Below are positions 38,341-47,816 of a stretch of DNA of 64,000 nt, piece after piece. The stretch is from the NCBI GenBank assembly GCA_023266115.1, contig JAHFRU010000006.1, forward strand, positions 67,496 through 131,495, written 5' to 3'. The translations under genes and the position numbers were made by a program. The first letter of the stretch is position 1. Every line of letters starts with the position of its first letter. Source of the stretch: Gammaproteobacteria bacterium. Its GTDB lineage: Bacteria; Pseudomonadota; Gammaproteobacteria; VBWC01. Under the pieces are notes generated by a model. The model searched no databases. It worked only from the letters and a program-made list of their open reading frames with translations, and was not told the origin of the DNA.

Positions 38341-40089
38341 ATGGTGCGCGCTGAAGCAGTCAAAAACTTCGAAGACCTTGAGGCGTTGCTGACGACACGC
38401 AGCTGGGCGTCTCAGCCGGAGATATACCTGGGCGACGCCCTCGTCGACGGCGGGGTGATCAACCGACAGCAGTTGGCGCAGGCGCTTGAGCTGCAGCGCG
38501 AGCAGGTTGGCAAGCATCTTGGCCGTATCCTGGTCGAAATGGGTTTGATCACCACCGAGCAGATCAATACCGCGCTCGCCAGAAAATTTCATATTCCGTA
38601 CGTCAAGCTCGATGACTTCGACATATCGCCACAGATTTTGTCGCGGGTGCCAGCCGATATCGCGCTGCAATATAACTTGTTGCCGCTGGGGAAATCCGGC
38701 GGGCGCCTGATCGTTGCGATGGAGAATCCTCTCGACAGCACCGGCATCGAAGTGCTGCGCTTCAACACAAATCTAAATATTGAAACGGTCATTGCCGCCC
38801 CCGACGACATCGCCCGGGCGCGCAGCAAATACTACAGCCAGGCGGACGAGGACGCGGCGCTGGAAGACATGGCATTGCAGGCCGTTGAGGACTTCCCGGG
38901 CGGCGAAGAAGCCATCCACCTGATCGAACAGCAGGCAAAGAAGAAACCCATTGTTCGGCTGCTGAACGCCATATTGTTGCAGGCTGTGACACGTGGCGCT
39001 TCCGACATCAACATCCGTCCGGAAGGAGATCGTATCGCGATCTATTACCGTATCGATGGCAAGGTGCAGTTCTCCCGGGCGTTGCCGCGTTCCGTGCTGC
39101 CGACCCTGGTGAGTCGCGTCAAGATCATTGGTCAGATGGACATCGCTGAACGGCGCTTGCCACAGGACGGTCATGCCCGCATGGTGCGCGGCCGGCAGAC
39201 CATAGACCTGCGTATTTCCATTATTCCGACCGTCAAGGGCGAAAGCGTTGTTATCCGTATCCTCGACAAGGAAGCGGGTATGAAAACGCTTGACCGGCTT
39301 GGTATGAATCCGACCGAGGTTCACACCGTCAAACGGTTGCTGAATCGGGCCCATGGCATGTTTCTGGTAACCGGGCCGACCGGGTCCGGTAAATCAACGA
39401 CGCTTTACGCATTGCTGAACGAGCTGAAGAAACGCGGGCCGCACATTCTGACCGTCGAGGACCCTGTCGAGTATGATATCGAGAATATCGAACAGGTGCA
39501 GATTTCCAAGGTAAAAGGGACGACGTTTTCATCAGTATTGCGTCACTTCCTGCGGCATGATCCGGACGTTATTATGGTTGGCGAGATCCGCGATCAGGAA
39601 ACGGCCAAGATTGCTGCCAAGGCATCGCTGACCGGGCATCTGGTCCTGAGTACCCTGCATACCAATGATGCGGCGAGTGCCGTGACCCGTCTTGCCGATA
39701 TGGGTATTGAATCGTATCTGCTGAGCACGACGATGCTTGGCGTTATGGCGCAGCGATTGATTCGCTTGAATTGCGAGATATGCAAGGCGGATGTTCATGT
39801 CGAGCCGTATATGCGACGTGCACTGAATCTTGGCGAACACGAAAAGTTTTTCAGTGGCAAAGGCTGCATGGAGTGCAATTTTACCGGTTATCGCGGGCGT
39901 ACGTCGGCGTGCGAATTGCTGGTGGTTACACCGGAAATCGCCAATCTGATTGTTGCCGGAAAACCGAGTAACGTTATTACGGAAATGGCCGTATCACAGG
40001 GTATGACACGCTTGCGCGACAATGCCTTGAATCTGGCAAGATCAGGACGCACCTCGATCGAGGAAGTGATTGGCATCGCGCTGGAGTAG
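38341..40089 (+). CDS. MshE-like GspE/PilB-family secretion ATPase with an N-terminal MshEN c-di-GMP-binding domain (orphan)
   Basis: The N-terminus holds two tandem 24-residue repeats, YLGDALVDGGVINRQQLAQALELQ and HLGRILVEMGLITTEQINTALARK, matching the MshEN motif. The ATPase core has Walker A GPTGSGKST, the Asp box LTVEDPVEY, Walker B DPDVIMVGEIRD, the His box LVLSTLHTND and a CEIC...CMEC zinc knuckle. The start is either the GTG at 38329 or the ATG at 38341. Confidence 0.88.
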   Translation: MVRAEAVKNFEDLEALLTTRSWASQPEIYLGDALVDGGVINRQQLAQALELQREQVGKHLGRILVEMGLITTEQINTALARKFHIPYVKLDDFDISPQILSRVPADIALQYNLLPLGKSGGRLIVAMENPLDSTGIEVLRFNTNLNIETVIAAPDDIARARSKYYSQADEDAALEDMALQAVEDFPGGEEAIHLIEQQAKKKPIVRLLNAILLQAVTRGASDINIRPEGDRIAIYYRIDGKVQFSRALPRSVLPTLVSRVKIIGQMDIAERRLPQDGHARMVRGRQTIDLRISIIPTVKGESVVIRILDKEAGMKTLDRLGMNPTEVHTVKRLLNRAHGMFLVTGPTGSGKSTTLYALLNELKKRGPHILTVEDPVEYDIENIEQVQISKVKGTTFSSVLRHFLRHDPDVIMVGEIRDQETAKIAAKASLTGHLVLSTLHTNDAASAVTRLADMGIESYLLSTTMLGVMAQRLIRLNCEICKADVHVEPYMRRALNLGEHEKFFSGKGCMECNFTGYRGRTSACELLVVTPEIANLIVAGKPSNVITEMAVSQGMTRLRDNALNLARSGRTSIEEVIGIALE

Positions 40090-40095
40090 ACTTCC

Positions 40096-40112
40096 GCCTG
40101 ATGACTTCAGGC
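40096..40112. terminator. Short hairpin GCCTGA-tgact-TCAGGC in the 17-bp gap between the convergent mshE-like and hpnE genes
   Basis: An inverted repeat is seen in the sequence. It overlaps the hpnE stop codon. Confidence 0.25.
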
Positions 40113-41423
40113 AGCCCCTGATTCCTGCATGACGCCACGCGCCGCCGCGATACCGCTGCGTATCGCGCCCTCAAGTGTGGCTGGATAGCCGGTTGCCGTA
40201 TAGTCTCCCGCCAGCCACAGGCCGCGCACCGGCGTACGATTTGCCGGGCGCATGGCGTTGACCTCGGGTCGCGCAACGAAGGTTGCATGTTTCTCCCGTA
40301 TCACGTGCCAGTCGACCGGCGGTGGCCAGTGCGGAAAAAGCATGGCCATTTCACGGATGACGGTTTCCGCTAGTGTTTTTTTGTCTGCGTCCATGTGGTT
40401 GCCGGTGCCGCTGATGACCACGGCCATGAGGCCCGCCTGCCCGTTGCGAGCGCGATCAAACACCCATTGCGCGGTGGTGTCCACCAGGCCTATCAGTGGT
40501 CGGCTCAGTGTGGTTCCCGATGCATACTGTATATAGATCGTGCAGATTGGCGCCTCCGGCATTGCGCCGATCGTTTCGGCGAGCGGGAGCAGTATCGGGT
40601 GGGGTGCGAGCAAACGATGACACGTCGTCGGCGGTACAGCGAGAATGACGTGGTCCGACCAGACATTCTGGTGTGCCACGGATACCGCGCTAATCGCATG
40701 TTCGCTGATCCGCAGGGCGTTGACGCGGTGTTTCATTCGTATCGTTCCGCCGTGCGCTTCGACGTAGCGCCCCGCCGGTTCAGGAAATACTGCACCGAGA
40801 TCCCGGCGGGTGAGTAATAAATCGGCGTCGCGGGACTGACGGGTGAATACGTCGCGCATAACTCGTAGAAACAACCGTGTCGATGCTTCGTCCAGCGAGG
40901 TATTCATGGTGGCGAGACACAGGGGTTCCCATAGCCGTTGCCGCAGCGAATCCGGTTGCCGATGCTGTTCCAGCCATTGCGCGAGGCTGGTATCGCGGTC
41001 GGTGGTATCGCGCCGTAACAGCAACGAGGTGCACAGGCGTACGAGATCCATTTTTTCGCTAAAATTTATGCCGGTCGCGCGGTACAGACCGGATACCATG
41101 TGAAGCGGCGCTGGTTGCCTTGGCAGCGATATTCGGACAGGAGCTGTGCGCAGCCCGGTCATGAACAGTTCCAGCGGAAGCCGCTCGAATACGTCTTCTT
41201 CGTTGACGCCGACGATATGCATCAGGCGCAACATATCGTGATAGGCGCCGAGCATCAGGTGCTGGCCGTTATCGATGCGGTAACGATTGACCTCGACCGT
41301 GCGGGCGCGGCCGCCCAGCTGGCCGGCCGCTTCGATCACTGTGACCGGGATCCGGTGCGAAGTCAGCTCAACCGCCGCGGCCAGCCCAGCCCAGCCACCG
41401 CCGACAATAGCGACCGGCGTCAT
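40107..41423 (-). CDS. hpnE: Hydroxysqualene dehydroxylase (FAD-dependent amine-oxidase fold)
   Basis: The N-terminal Rossmann motif VAIVGGGWAGLAAA is present. The 438-aa protein is the last gene of the hpnC-hpnD-hpnE order. Confidence 0.8.
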   Translation of the reverse strand: MTPVAIVGGGWAGLAAAVELTSHRIPVTVIEAAGQLGGRARTVEVNRYRIDNGQHLMLGAYHDMLRLMHIVGVNEEDVFERLPLELFMTGLRTAPVRISLPRQPAPLHMVSGLYRATGINFSEKMDLVRLCTSLLLRRDTTDRDTSLAQWLEQHRQPDSLRQRLWEPLCLATMNTSLDEASTRLFLRVMRDVFTRQSRDADLLLTRRDLGAVFPEPAGRYVEAHGGTIRMKHRVNALRISEHAISAVSVAHQNVWSDHVILAVPPTTCHRLLAPHPILLPLAETIGAMPEAPICTIYIQYASGTTLSRPLIGLVDTTAQWVFDRARNGQAGLMAVVISGTGNHMDADKKTLAETVIREMAMLFPHWPPPVDWHVIREKHATFVARPEVNAMRPANRTPVRGLWLAGDYTATGYPATLEGAIRSGIAAARGVMQESGAA

Positions 41424-41438
41424 CGGCGGAGATACCGC

Positions 41439-42353
41439 TCAAGGCTGATGTGGATCGCGATCATGCGGATCGTTGCCACCTGATTGATTCGGCTTGCGCC
41501 GTATCTGCGCATCGCGGCGCTTTTCGCTGCGCGATGTACGCCATGCGATCCAGAGCTTGCGCAACGGCGTTAACGCGATCCGATGCTCAAGCACCCGGTA
41601 GCCGTCAACGGCGATTTCATCGAGAGTCTTCAGATAAATGGCTGCCATGATAAGTCCGGAGCGCTGCGCGTAGCGGTCAACATCCGGTAATTGCTGAAAG
41701 GCCTGCTGATAGTAGCGCCGCGCCCGCTCGCCTTGATACTCCAGCAGCTGGCGCATGTTGTCGGACATGCGATGCTCCGTGATGTCGCTGTGACTGACAC
41801 CGAAGCGCAAGACTTCGTCCAGCGGGATATACACCCGGTCGCGCCCCGCGTCTTCACGTACGTCACGCAGGATATTCGTCAATTGAAACGCCGTTCCCAG
41901 GTCCTTGGCATACTTTTGCGTTTGACGGTCCTGGTAGCCGAATATCTCGGCAGCCATCAGGCCAACGACGCCGGCGACGCGATAACAATAGAGGGCGAGT
42001 TCACGAAATGAAGGGTACGAGGAATAGGTAAGGTCCATTTCCATGCCATCGATGATTTCCTGGAAATACTCCGCCGGCAGTTCATAGCGGCGTATCGCCG
42101 GGAGCAGCGCCTTGGTCACCGGGTGTCGCGGCGCGTCGCCGAACATTCTGGCGATCTCCTCACGCCACCACTGTAACTTGGTCCGGGCGACCGCTGCATC
42201 GTGGCACTCGTCCACCACATCGTCGACCTCACGGCAAAACGCGTATAACGCAGTAATAGCCTCACGCCGTTCGGTAGGCAGGAACAGGAAGCTGTAGTAA
42301 AAGCTTGAGCCGCTCTTGGCGGCTTTGTTTTCGCAGTACTGTTGCGGGGTCAA
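41439..42353 (-). CDS. hpnD: Presqualene diphosphate synthase (squalene/phytoene synthase family)
   Basis: Two Asp-rich motifs are present (FCREVDDVVD... and ILRDVREDAGR). The N-terminus SFYYSF is typical of HpnD. Confidence 0.8.
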   Translation of the reverse strand: MTPQQYCENKAAKSGSSFYYSFLFLPTERREAITALYAFCREVDDVVDECHDAAVARTKLQWWREEIARMFGDAPRHPVTKALLPAIRRYELPAEYFQEIIDGMEMDLTYSSYPSFRELALYCYRVAGVVGLMAAEIFGYQDRQTQKYAKDLGTAFQLTNILRDVREDAGRDRVYIPLDEVLRFGVSHSDITEHRMSDNMRQLLEYQGERARRYYQQAFQQLPDVDRYAQRSGLIMAAIYLKTLDEIAVDGYRVLEHRIALTPLRKLWIAWRTSRSEKRRDAQIRRKPNQSGGNDPHDRDPHQP

Positions 42354-42483
42354 TGAGTGTTCCGTCGGTTAATGTGCCTGATGTTGCCTCGCTGCGGTGC
42401 CGTTATGGCACGAATCCCGATTGATACGGCCCGCCACGGTTGACGATGATACGGTACCAGGCCATTCTGCCGCCAGCTCGTAT

Positions 42484-43347
42484 CTATCTGCGCAGGCATG
42501 CTCGTGCAATGATGCCTATCCAGTCTTTTTTTCCGAGGCGTGGTCGGGCATAAACATCCGGTTGTGTGGCGATTGCGTCAAGCACGCGTAATCCACCCAT
42601 GACGGTGCAGCGGATTTCCAGGCCAATCCGTCCGGGCAAGCGCGCGCCAAGCGGCATTCCGGACTGCAGCAGCGTACGGGCGCGATCGGTTTGAAATGCG
42701 ATGAGCCGTTTCATCGCGGGTCCGTTCCGCTGCTGCGATATATCTGCTTCCGGAATGTCGAACTGTGCCAGCTCATCCTGCGGCAGGTAGATGCGTTTGT
42801 TTTCGTCGTAGTCCTGCCTGATATCCTGCAGAAAATTGATCAGTTGCAGCGCGGTGCAGATATTGTCGGAATCGTTTATGTTTCGGGCACTGTTTTGTCC
42901 ACATAGTTCCAATACCAGTTGCCCGATCGGGTTCGCTGAATAGCGGCAGTAACCTGACAATTCCGTGAAGCTGGCGTAACGTTTTTGTTTTACGTCCATG
43001 CGGAATGCGGTGAGCAGGTCGTGGAAATGGCCGATGGACAGTTGGTGCCGGTTTACGACATCGCATAGCGCGATAAAGATCGGCTGTTCTTCGATGATGC
43101 TGTGTTGGTTTAATGCATCCAGGGCGCGAGCATATCCGTCGAGCAACGCCAGACGTTGTTCGTCAGGGATGCCGCCTTCGTCGGCGAAGTCGTCTGCAGT
43201 GCGGGCAAAGGCGTAAATGACGCTGATCGGGCGCCGAAGTTTCGCCGGCAACAGCAGCGAGGCGACCGGGAAATTTTCATAGTGACGGCGCGTAATCGTC
43301 GCACAGTGGTCATATGCCTGGTTCAGACGTGGATCGCTGCGGGTCAT
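42484..43347 (-). CDS. hpnC: Hydroxysqualene synthase (squalene/phytoene synthase family)
   Basis: The sequence HYENFPVAS...YAFARTADDFADE...NFLQDIRQDYDENKRIYLP has the HpnC-type N-terminus. Confidence 0.8.
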   Translation of the reverse strand: MTRSDPRLNQAYDHCATITRRHYENFPVASLLLPAKLRRPISVIYAFARTADDFADEGGIPDEQRLALLDGYARALDALNQHSIIEEQPIFIALCDVVNRHQLSIGHFHDLLTAFRMDVKQKRYASFTELSGYCRYSANPIGQLVLELCGQNSARNINDSDNICTALQLINFLQDIRQDYDENKRIYLPQDELAQFDIPEADISQQRNGPAMKRLIAFQTDRARTLLQSGMPLGARLPGRIGLEIRCTVMGGLRVLDAIATQPDVYARPRLGKKDWIGIIARACLRR

Positions 43348-43589
43348 GATCTGCGTGCCCCCTGTTTGCCGGTCTCGACGGGTCGTTCGGGGAAAACATA
43401 GGCGATCCGTACGATTTTACGGCGCTGACGGCCCCCGGCGTGTCCGTTTAAGTTAAAATCCACCGCCCCTTCGCCGCTAATTGGTTGCAGAGTGTCTGGG
43501 CGCGGCCTGTGGGAAGCACGCACGTCCGGTTCGGATCATCAGACATTAATAAAAAAAGCATTATATATCAGGAGGCTTTGCTAGGCCTA

Positions 43590-45320
43590 ATGGACTTTTC
43601 CTCGATGTTGCGCCGTCGGAAGTGGTCATTGCTTATTCTCGTCAGTATCGGGCTGGCGATAACCTTGGCGCTGGTCACCAGCTGGCCGAGTTTTTACCGT
43701 TCGACAGCGACGATTTCCATTGAGGAGTATCTGACTGCGGGCGATCTTCAAGGTATCCCGGTCGTCGAGTATGCCGCCGCGCGGCTACGACAAATTAACT
43801 CACTTACCGGTACGAAAGAAGGTCTGGCTAACATGATAACCGCTGCCGGCGTATATTCGGAAAAGCGGGGATCGGCGAACGATAACGGACTGGCGGACTT
43901 TGTGCGGCGTCGCGCGTCGATCGATCTGGTCGGTGCGAAGGTCGAGCCGGTCGACGGGGAAAGGGCCGGCAAAATGAATTTGACCTATACGGTCGCCTAC
44001 CGTGATACGGATCCGACCGTCGCGAAACAGGTGGCCGACAGCCTGGCCGAAACACATATGGCTGAGAACAGGCGGTTAATGGCAAGCAAACGCGCGGAGA
44101 GGAGCGCGCGGCTAACAGAACGTCAAGTACAGCTCGATGAGAAACGGCTGGCTTTGGGCGGTCAACTTGAAGCGATCAATAAGCGCATCGATCAATCGCG
44201 ACCGGCGGATGCCGAAAATCGAGCGTTGCAAGCGGCCGACGCGAAACAGCGCGCGGCAGCGGCCCGAACGAATCTTGACTCCACGGTGAGCAGTATCGCT
44301 GGACTGGAGGACGAGCAAGGCCGCCTGGAACACGCGCTGGCCGGGCACGAGCCGGTGATCGTGGTCACGCGTGAGGAAAAAATAGCGATCAATCTTGATG
44401 CCAGAAAGAAAGAGCTCACTATCGAACTTGAAGCAGCGACGGCGCGCCATGGGAGCAGTCACGCGGAAGTAAAGAAAATGCAGAAGTCGCTGGATGAGAT
44501 AAACCTCCGCATTCGGCAGCGGGGCGCGGCGCAAACAAAACGAGCTGAATTGAGCGAGCTGCGCAAGGTGCTCGATCGTATGCGCAAAACCAAGCCGGCC
44601 AACGATCCGGATCTCGTGATGATGGCTGAACTTGAACAAAGGTTCATGCAGGAAATCGCCACGCAGTCGCCGGAGCTGATAGAAACCCGTGTGCTCGAGA
44701 CCAAGCGCCCGAATCCTGAATATCAGTCGCTTGAAAGCAATTTGCGCGCTGTGCGGGAACGTCACAGAATGGCTGTCGAAACAGCCAATGCCTTGCGCGC
44801 TTCCGTTGGCGCGCTGGAAGAGGAGTCGGCCAGGCTGGCGGCTGCCGACCGGGACCAGGATGACTTGGTTCGGCAACGGCAGGCGCTGAAGGCGAGTTAT
44901 GCCGCGGCTGTTGCGGAACTGGAAAAATTTTCCAAAGCGAGCGATATTGCACTAGAGGACGGGGGTGGCGAGGTGACGCTCGTCAAGGCGGCGCAGTTAG
45001 CGGCCTACTCCGAAAAATCGGGTAGTTATGTTGTGTTAATTGTCGGCGTAGTTGTTTCCTTGGCGCTCGGCGTACTCTACGTGTGGTTGAGAAGTCGGGG
45101 AGATGTGGCTGTGCGGAGCATCGCTATGCTGGCGCGATTGACCGGGAAGACCCGCTCGACCGTTGTGATACCGTATATTTTCACGGAGGCGGAACTCCGG
45201 CATGTCCGGATGCGATCCGCGCTTAGCGGTGTAGCGTTGGCGGGCGGAGGGTTGCTATTAATCGCGGCCGTGAATTATGTGCGGCACCCGTTGAGCGAAT
45301 TGTTCGCCCAGCTGTTTTGA
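43590..45320 (+). CDS. Polysaccharide chain-length determinant (Wzz/GumC/EpsF-like; N- and C-terminal TM helices flanking a long coiled-coil periplasmic domain)
   Basis: The first TM helix is WSLLILVSIGLAITLALV and the last is YVVLIVGVVVSLALGVLYVWL. Between them is a ~450-aa coiled-coil-rich region and there is no kinase domain. The ORF track starts at 43485; the ATG at 43590 (MDFSSM...) follows AGGAGG. Confidence 0.78.
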   Translation: MDFSSMLRRRKWSLLILVSIGLAITLALVTSWPSFYRSTATISIEEYLTAGDLQGIPVVEYAAARLRQINSLTGTKEGLANMITAAGVYSEKRGSANDNGLADFVRRRASIDLVGAKVEPVDGERAGKMNLTYTVAYRDTDPTVAKQVADSLAETHMAENRRLMASKRAERSARLTERQVQLDEKRLALGGQLEAINKRIDQSRPADAENRALQAADAKQRAAAARTNLDSTVSSIAGLEDEQGRLEHALAGHEPVIVVTREEKIAINLDARKKELTIELEAATARHGSSHAEVKKMQKSLDEINLRIRQRGAAQTKRAELSELRKVLDRMRKTKPANDPDLVMMAELEQRFMQEIATQSPELIETRVLETKRPNPEYQSLESNLRAVRERHRMAVETANALRASVGALEEESARLAAADRDQDDLVRQRQALKASYAAAVAELEKFSKASDIALEDGGGEVTLVKAAQLAAYSEKSGSYVVLIVGVVVSLALGVLYVWLRSRGDVAVRSIAMLARLTGKTRSTVVIPYIFTEAELRHVRMRSALSGVALAGGGLLLIAAVNYVRHPLSELFAQLF

Positions 45321-45347
45321 TCAACGATCGGAAAGACGGATATTTTA

Positions 45348-46235
45348 ATGTCGATTTCCCGCATCGAAGAGGCGCTCCGGAAGGCGAAGGAGGCAAAGCA
45401 GGCGCCGTCGCCGGTCAGGCAGCCCGTGGATCGTGCACCGCAGGCGGCCATCCGCGAGCCCGGTAATGTCACCGTTCCGGAACCGCCCGTATCGCCGGTC
45501 GTGCGGCCCGCTGCTCGACCAGCCATTGCGCCACCCGGCATCAGTTTTCGTTTTGACGATGGACGGATAGTCAACGTACCGTTCTCCAGGCTGCGAAAGA
45601 ACCGGGTTATTACCGCAGGCGATAAAAGCAGGTGGGTCGCACGGTTCCGCGATCTTCAGCTAGCGGTTCAAGGACCCGGTCTCATTAAATCGGGTGCGCC
45701 TGTCGTCGCAGTGATGAGCGCCAACCCACGTGAGGGCAGGACATTGTGCGCGATTAATCTGGCGATGAGTCTGGCGGCGTCAAGTGCGGAGCCGGTGATA
45801 CTGATGGATATGGATTTCTTCAAGCCGGCAATGCACGCATTTCTCGAGATTTTGCCGGACACCGGATTGACGGATGTCCTGGAGGGCGGCAAGGAGATAG
45901 CGGATATCCTTGTTCGGGCAGAGGCGGAAAAGTTGATACTTGTTCCTGCGGGACCGCGATCCCGTAGCCATGTGGCGTTACTCACGCGCGACAACGTGCG
46001 TGCTGTTATCGGGAAGCTGCGGGCACTGTTTCCATCGTCTGCATTGATCGTTGACCTGCCGCCGTTGTCATTGAACATCGATACGTCAATATTCGAAGGT
46101 ATTGTCGATCACGTTGTGCTGGTGGTCGAGGAGGGGAAGACGCCGCGGGGGGATGTTCTGCGGGTATTGGGCAAGCTGAAATACGTCGAGCACGTAGAGT
46201 TGGTGTTGAACAAGGCGGTGGCAAGTAGCATCTGA
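45348..46235 (+). CDS. BY-kinase-like (CpsD/CapB/EpsG-type) P-loop ATPase with a degenerate Walker A (GR instead of GK) and no C-terminal Tyr cluster
   Basis: The catalytic-domain homology is clear: Walker A-like SANPREGRT (consensus SxxxGEGKT), Walker A-prime VILMDMDF, Walker B ALIVDLPPL and the conserved GLTDVLEGG are all present. The Walker A lysine is Arg. The C-terminus ...VELVLNKAVASSI lacks tyrosines. A Pro-rich ~120-aa N-terminal region precedes the domain. Confidence 0.75.
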   Translation: MSISRIEEALRKAKEAKQAPSPVRQPVDRAPQAAIREPGNVTVPEPPVSPVVRPAARPAIAPPGISFRFDDGRIVNVPFSRLRKNRVITAGDKSRWVARFRDLQLAVQGPGLIKSGAPVVAVMSANPREGRTLCAINLAMSLAASSAEPVILMDMDFFKPAMHAFLEILPDTGLTDVLEGGKEIADILVRAEAEKLILVPAGPRSRSHVALLTRDNVRAVIGKLRALFPSSALIVDLPPLSLNIDTSIFEGIVDHVVLVVEEGKTPRGDVLRVLGKLKYVEHVELVLNKAVASSI

Positions 46236-46392
46236 AACCAATATTATATGGCCGTCGCCCGGTGTCAGGCGACGAATATGGAACGCGGTCTGGTTGACAT
46301 CATTCGTGTTGAGATTCCCTGTCCATCTATAATATTCGCGGGGTTCTGCGATTTTCTCCCGGGTTTATTCATATGGGGTGCTATGAGCGATT

Positions 46393-47397
46393 ATGAGTAA
46401 TTCCACCGTACTGGTTGTTGGCGGCGCCGGCTATATTGGTTCGCATATGGTGAACGCATTGCTCGGGGCCGGCCATCGCGTTGTCGTGCTGGACGATTTG
46501 TCGCGAGGACATCGCGATCTGGTTCCTGGCGGGACTTTTATCGAGGGCGACCTCGGTGATCGGCCGGTGCTTGAGGATATATTCGACACTCATCGCATCG
46601 ACGCTGTCATGCATTTTGCGGCGTTGTCGCTTGTGGGCGAGTCAGTGGAAAAGCCGTTACTCTATTATCAGAATAACGTCGCGAAAACCTTGACGCTTAT
46701 TCAGCAGATGGACCTGTTTGGCGTGGACAAATTTATTTTTTCCTCGACAGCTGCGGTTTACGGCGAGAGTGGGGACGGGCCGATCGATGAAGGCCGTCGT
46801 TGTGATCCGGTAAATCCATATGGCGTTACCAAAATGGTCATCGAGCGTGTGCTCCAGGATTGCAGCCGTTCGCAGGGCATCAAGTCCGTGTGTTTACGGT
46901 ATTTCAATGCAGCCGGTGCCGACGAATCCGGCCGTCTGGGGGAGCGTCATGAACCGGAAACACACCTCATTCCAATCATATTGCAGGTCGCTGCGGGCAT
47001 TCGGGATCAGGTCAAGATATTTGGCACGGATTATCCGACACCGGACGGCACCTGTATCCGGGATTACGTGCACGTGAACGACCTCGCGCAGGCACACCTG
47101 CTGGCACTGGATTCGTTATTGGCCGGCGGGCAAAGCAGGATATACAACCTCGGTAATTCTCGCGGACGGTCCGTGCGCGAGGTGGTTGATACCGCGCGCG
47201 CGGTGACCGGGCACGCGATTCCGTGTATAGAAGCCCCCCGGCGTGCTGGCGACCCTGCGGTGCTCGTTGCTGATTCCCGAAAGATTCGTGAGGAACTGGG
47301 ATGGAAGCCGCGTTACGAAGACCTGACCACGATCATAGCCACGGCCTGGCAGTGGCATCAGCGCGAAATGGGCAGCGCCGCGGCGCGCGTCAAATGA
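46393..47397 (+). CDS. galE: UDP-glucose 4-epimerase
   Basis: The sequence [13 protein letters not shown]...YxxxK (PYGVTK) is present in a 334-aa protein with high similarity to GalE over its length. Confidence 0.9.
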   Translation: MSNSTVLVVGGAGYIGSHMVNALLGAGHRVVVLDDLSRGHRDLVPGGTFIEGDLGDRPVLEDIFDTHRIDAVMHFAALSLVGESVEKPLLYYQNNVAKTLTLIQQMDLFGVDKFIFSSTAAVYGESGDGPIDEGRRCDPVNPYGVTKMVIERVLQDCSRSQGIKSVCLRYFNAAGADESGRLGERHEPETHLIPIILQVAAGIRDQVKIFGTDYPTPDGTCIRDYVHVNDLAQAHLLALDSLLAGGQSRIYNLGNSRGRSVREVVDTARAVTGHAIPCIEAPRRAGDPAVLVADSRKIREELGWKPRYEDLTTIIATAWQWHQREMGSAAARVK

Positions 47398-47783
47398 GCC
47401 TGCGTATCCAGAACAAGCCGTTCGCTTACCTGTCGATCTTTTGGATGGCGGTCATATACTTTCTCTCGTCACGTCCCGGCAGTGATTTCCCGGCGATGTT
47501 TGTTGGCGCCGATAAACTGGTCCATTTTGCTGTTTTTGGCATGCTTGGGCCGCTGATTACAGGTGCGCTTGGTCGACCAGGAACAGGCGACCCGTGGGGC
47601 CGGATTTTGCTGGTGACGGTTGTCGTGGCACTATACGGTGTGCTGGATGAGTTCCATCAGAGCTTCGTGCCGGGGCGAACTTCGAGCGCAGGCGATGTTA
47701 TGGCGGATGCCGCGGGCGGTTTTGTCGCAACGGCCGGCGCCTATCGTTTCTGGCTGCCTTTCGACAAGGCAGGACATGGATAA
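47394..47783 (+). CDS. VanZ-family membrane protein
   Basis: The ATG overlaps the galE stop (ATGA). The 129-aa polytopic protein has the VanZ-like pattern [12 protein letters not shown]...[11 protein letters not shown]. Confidence 0.7.
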   Translation: MSLRIQNKPFAYLSIFWMAVIYFLSSRPGSDFPAMFVGADKLVHFAVFGMLGPLITGALGRPGTGDPWGRILLVTVVVALYGVLDEFHQSFVPGRTSSAGDVMADAAGGFVATAGAYRFWLPFDKAGHG

Positions 47784-47816
47784 TCGCAAAAAATATCATC
47801 GAGTAGTGGAGGACAT

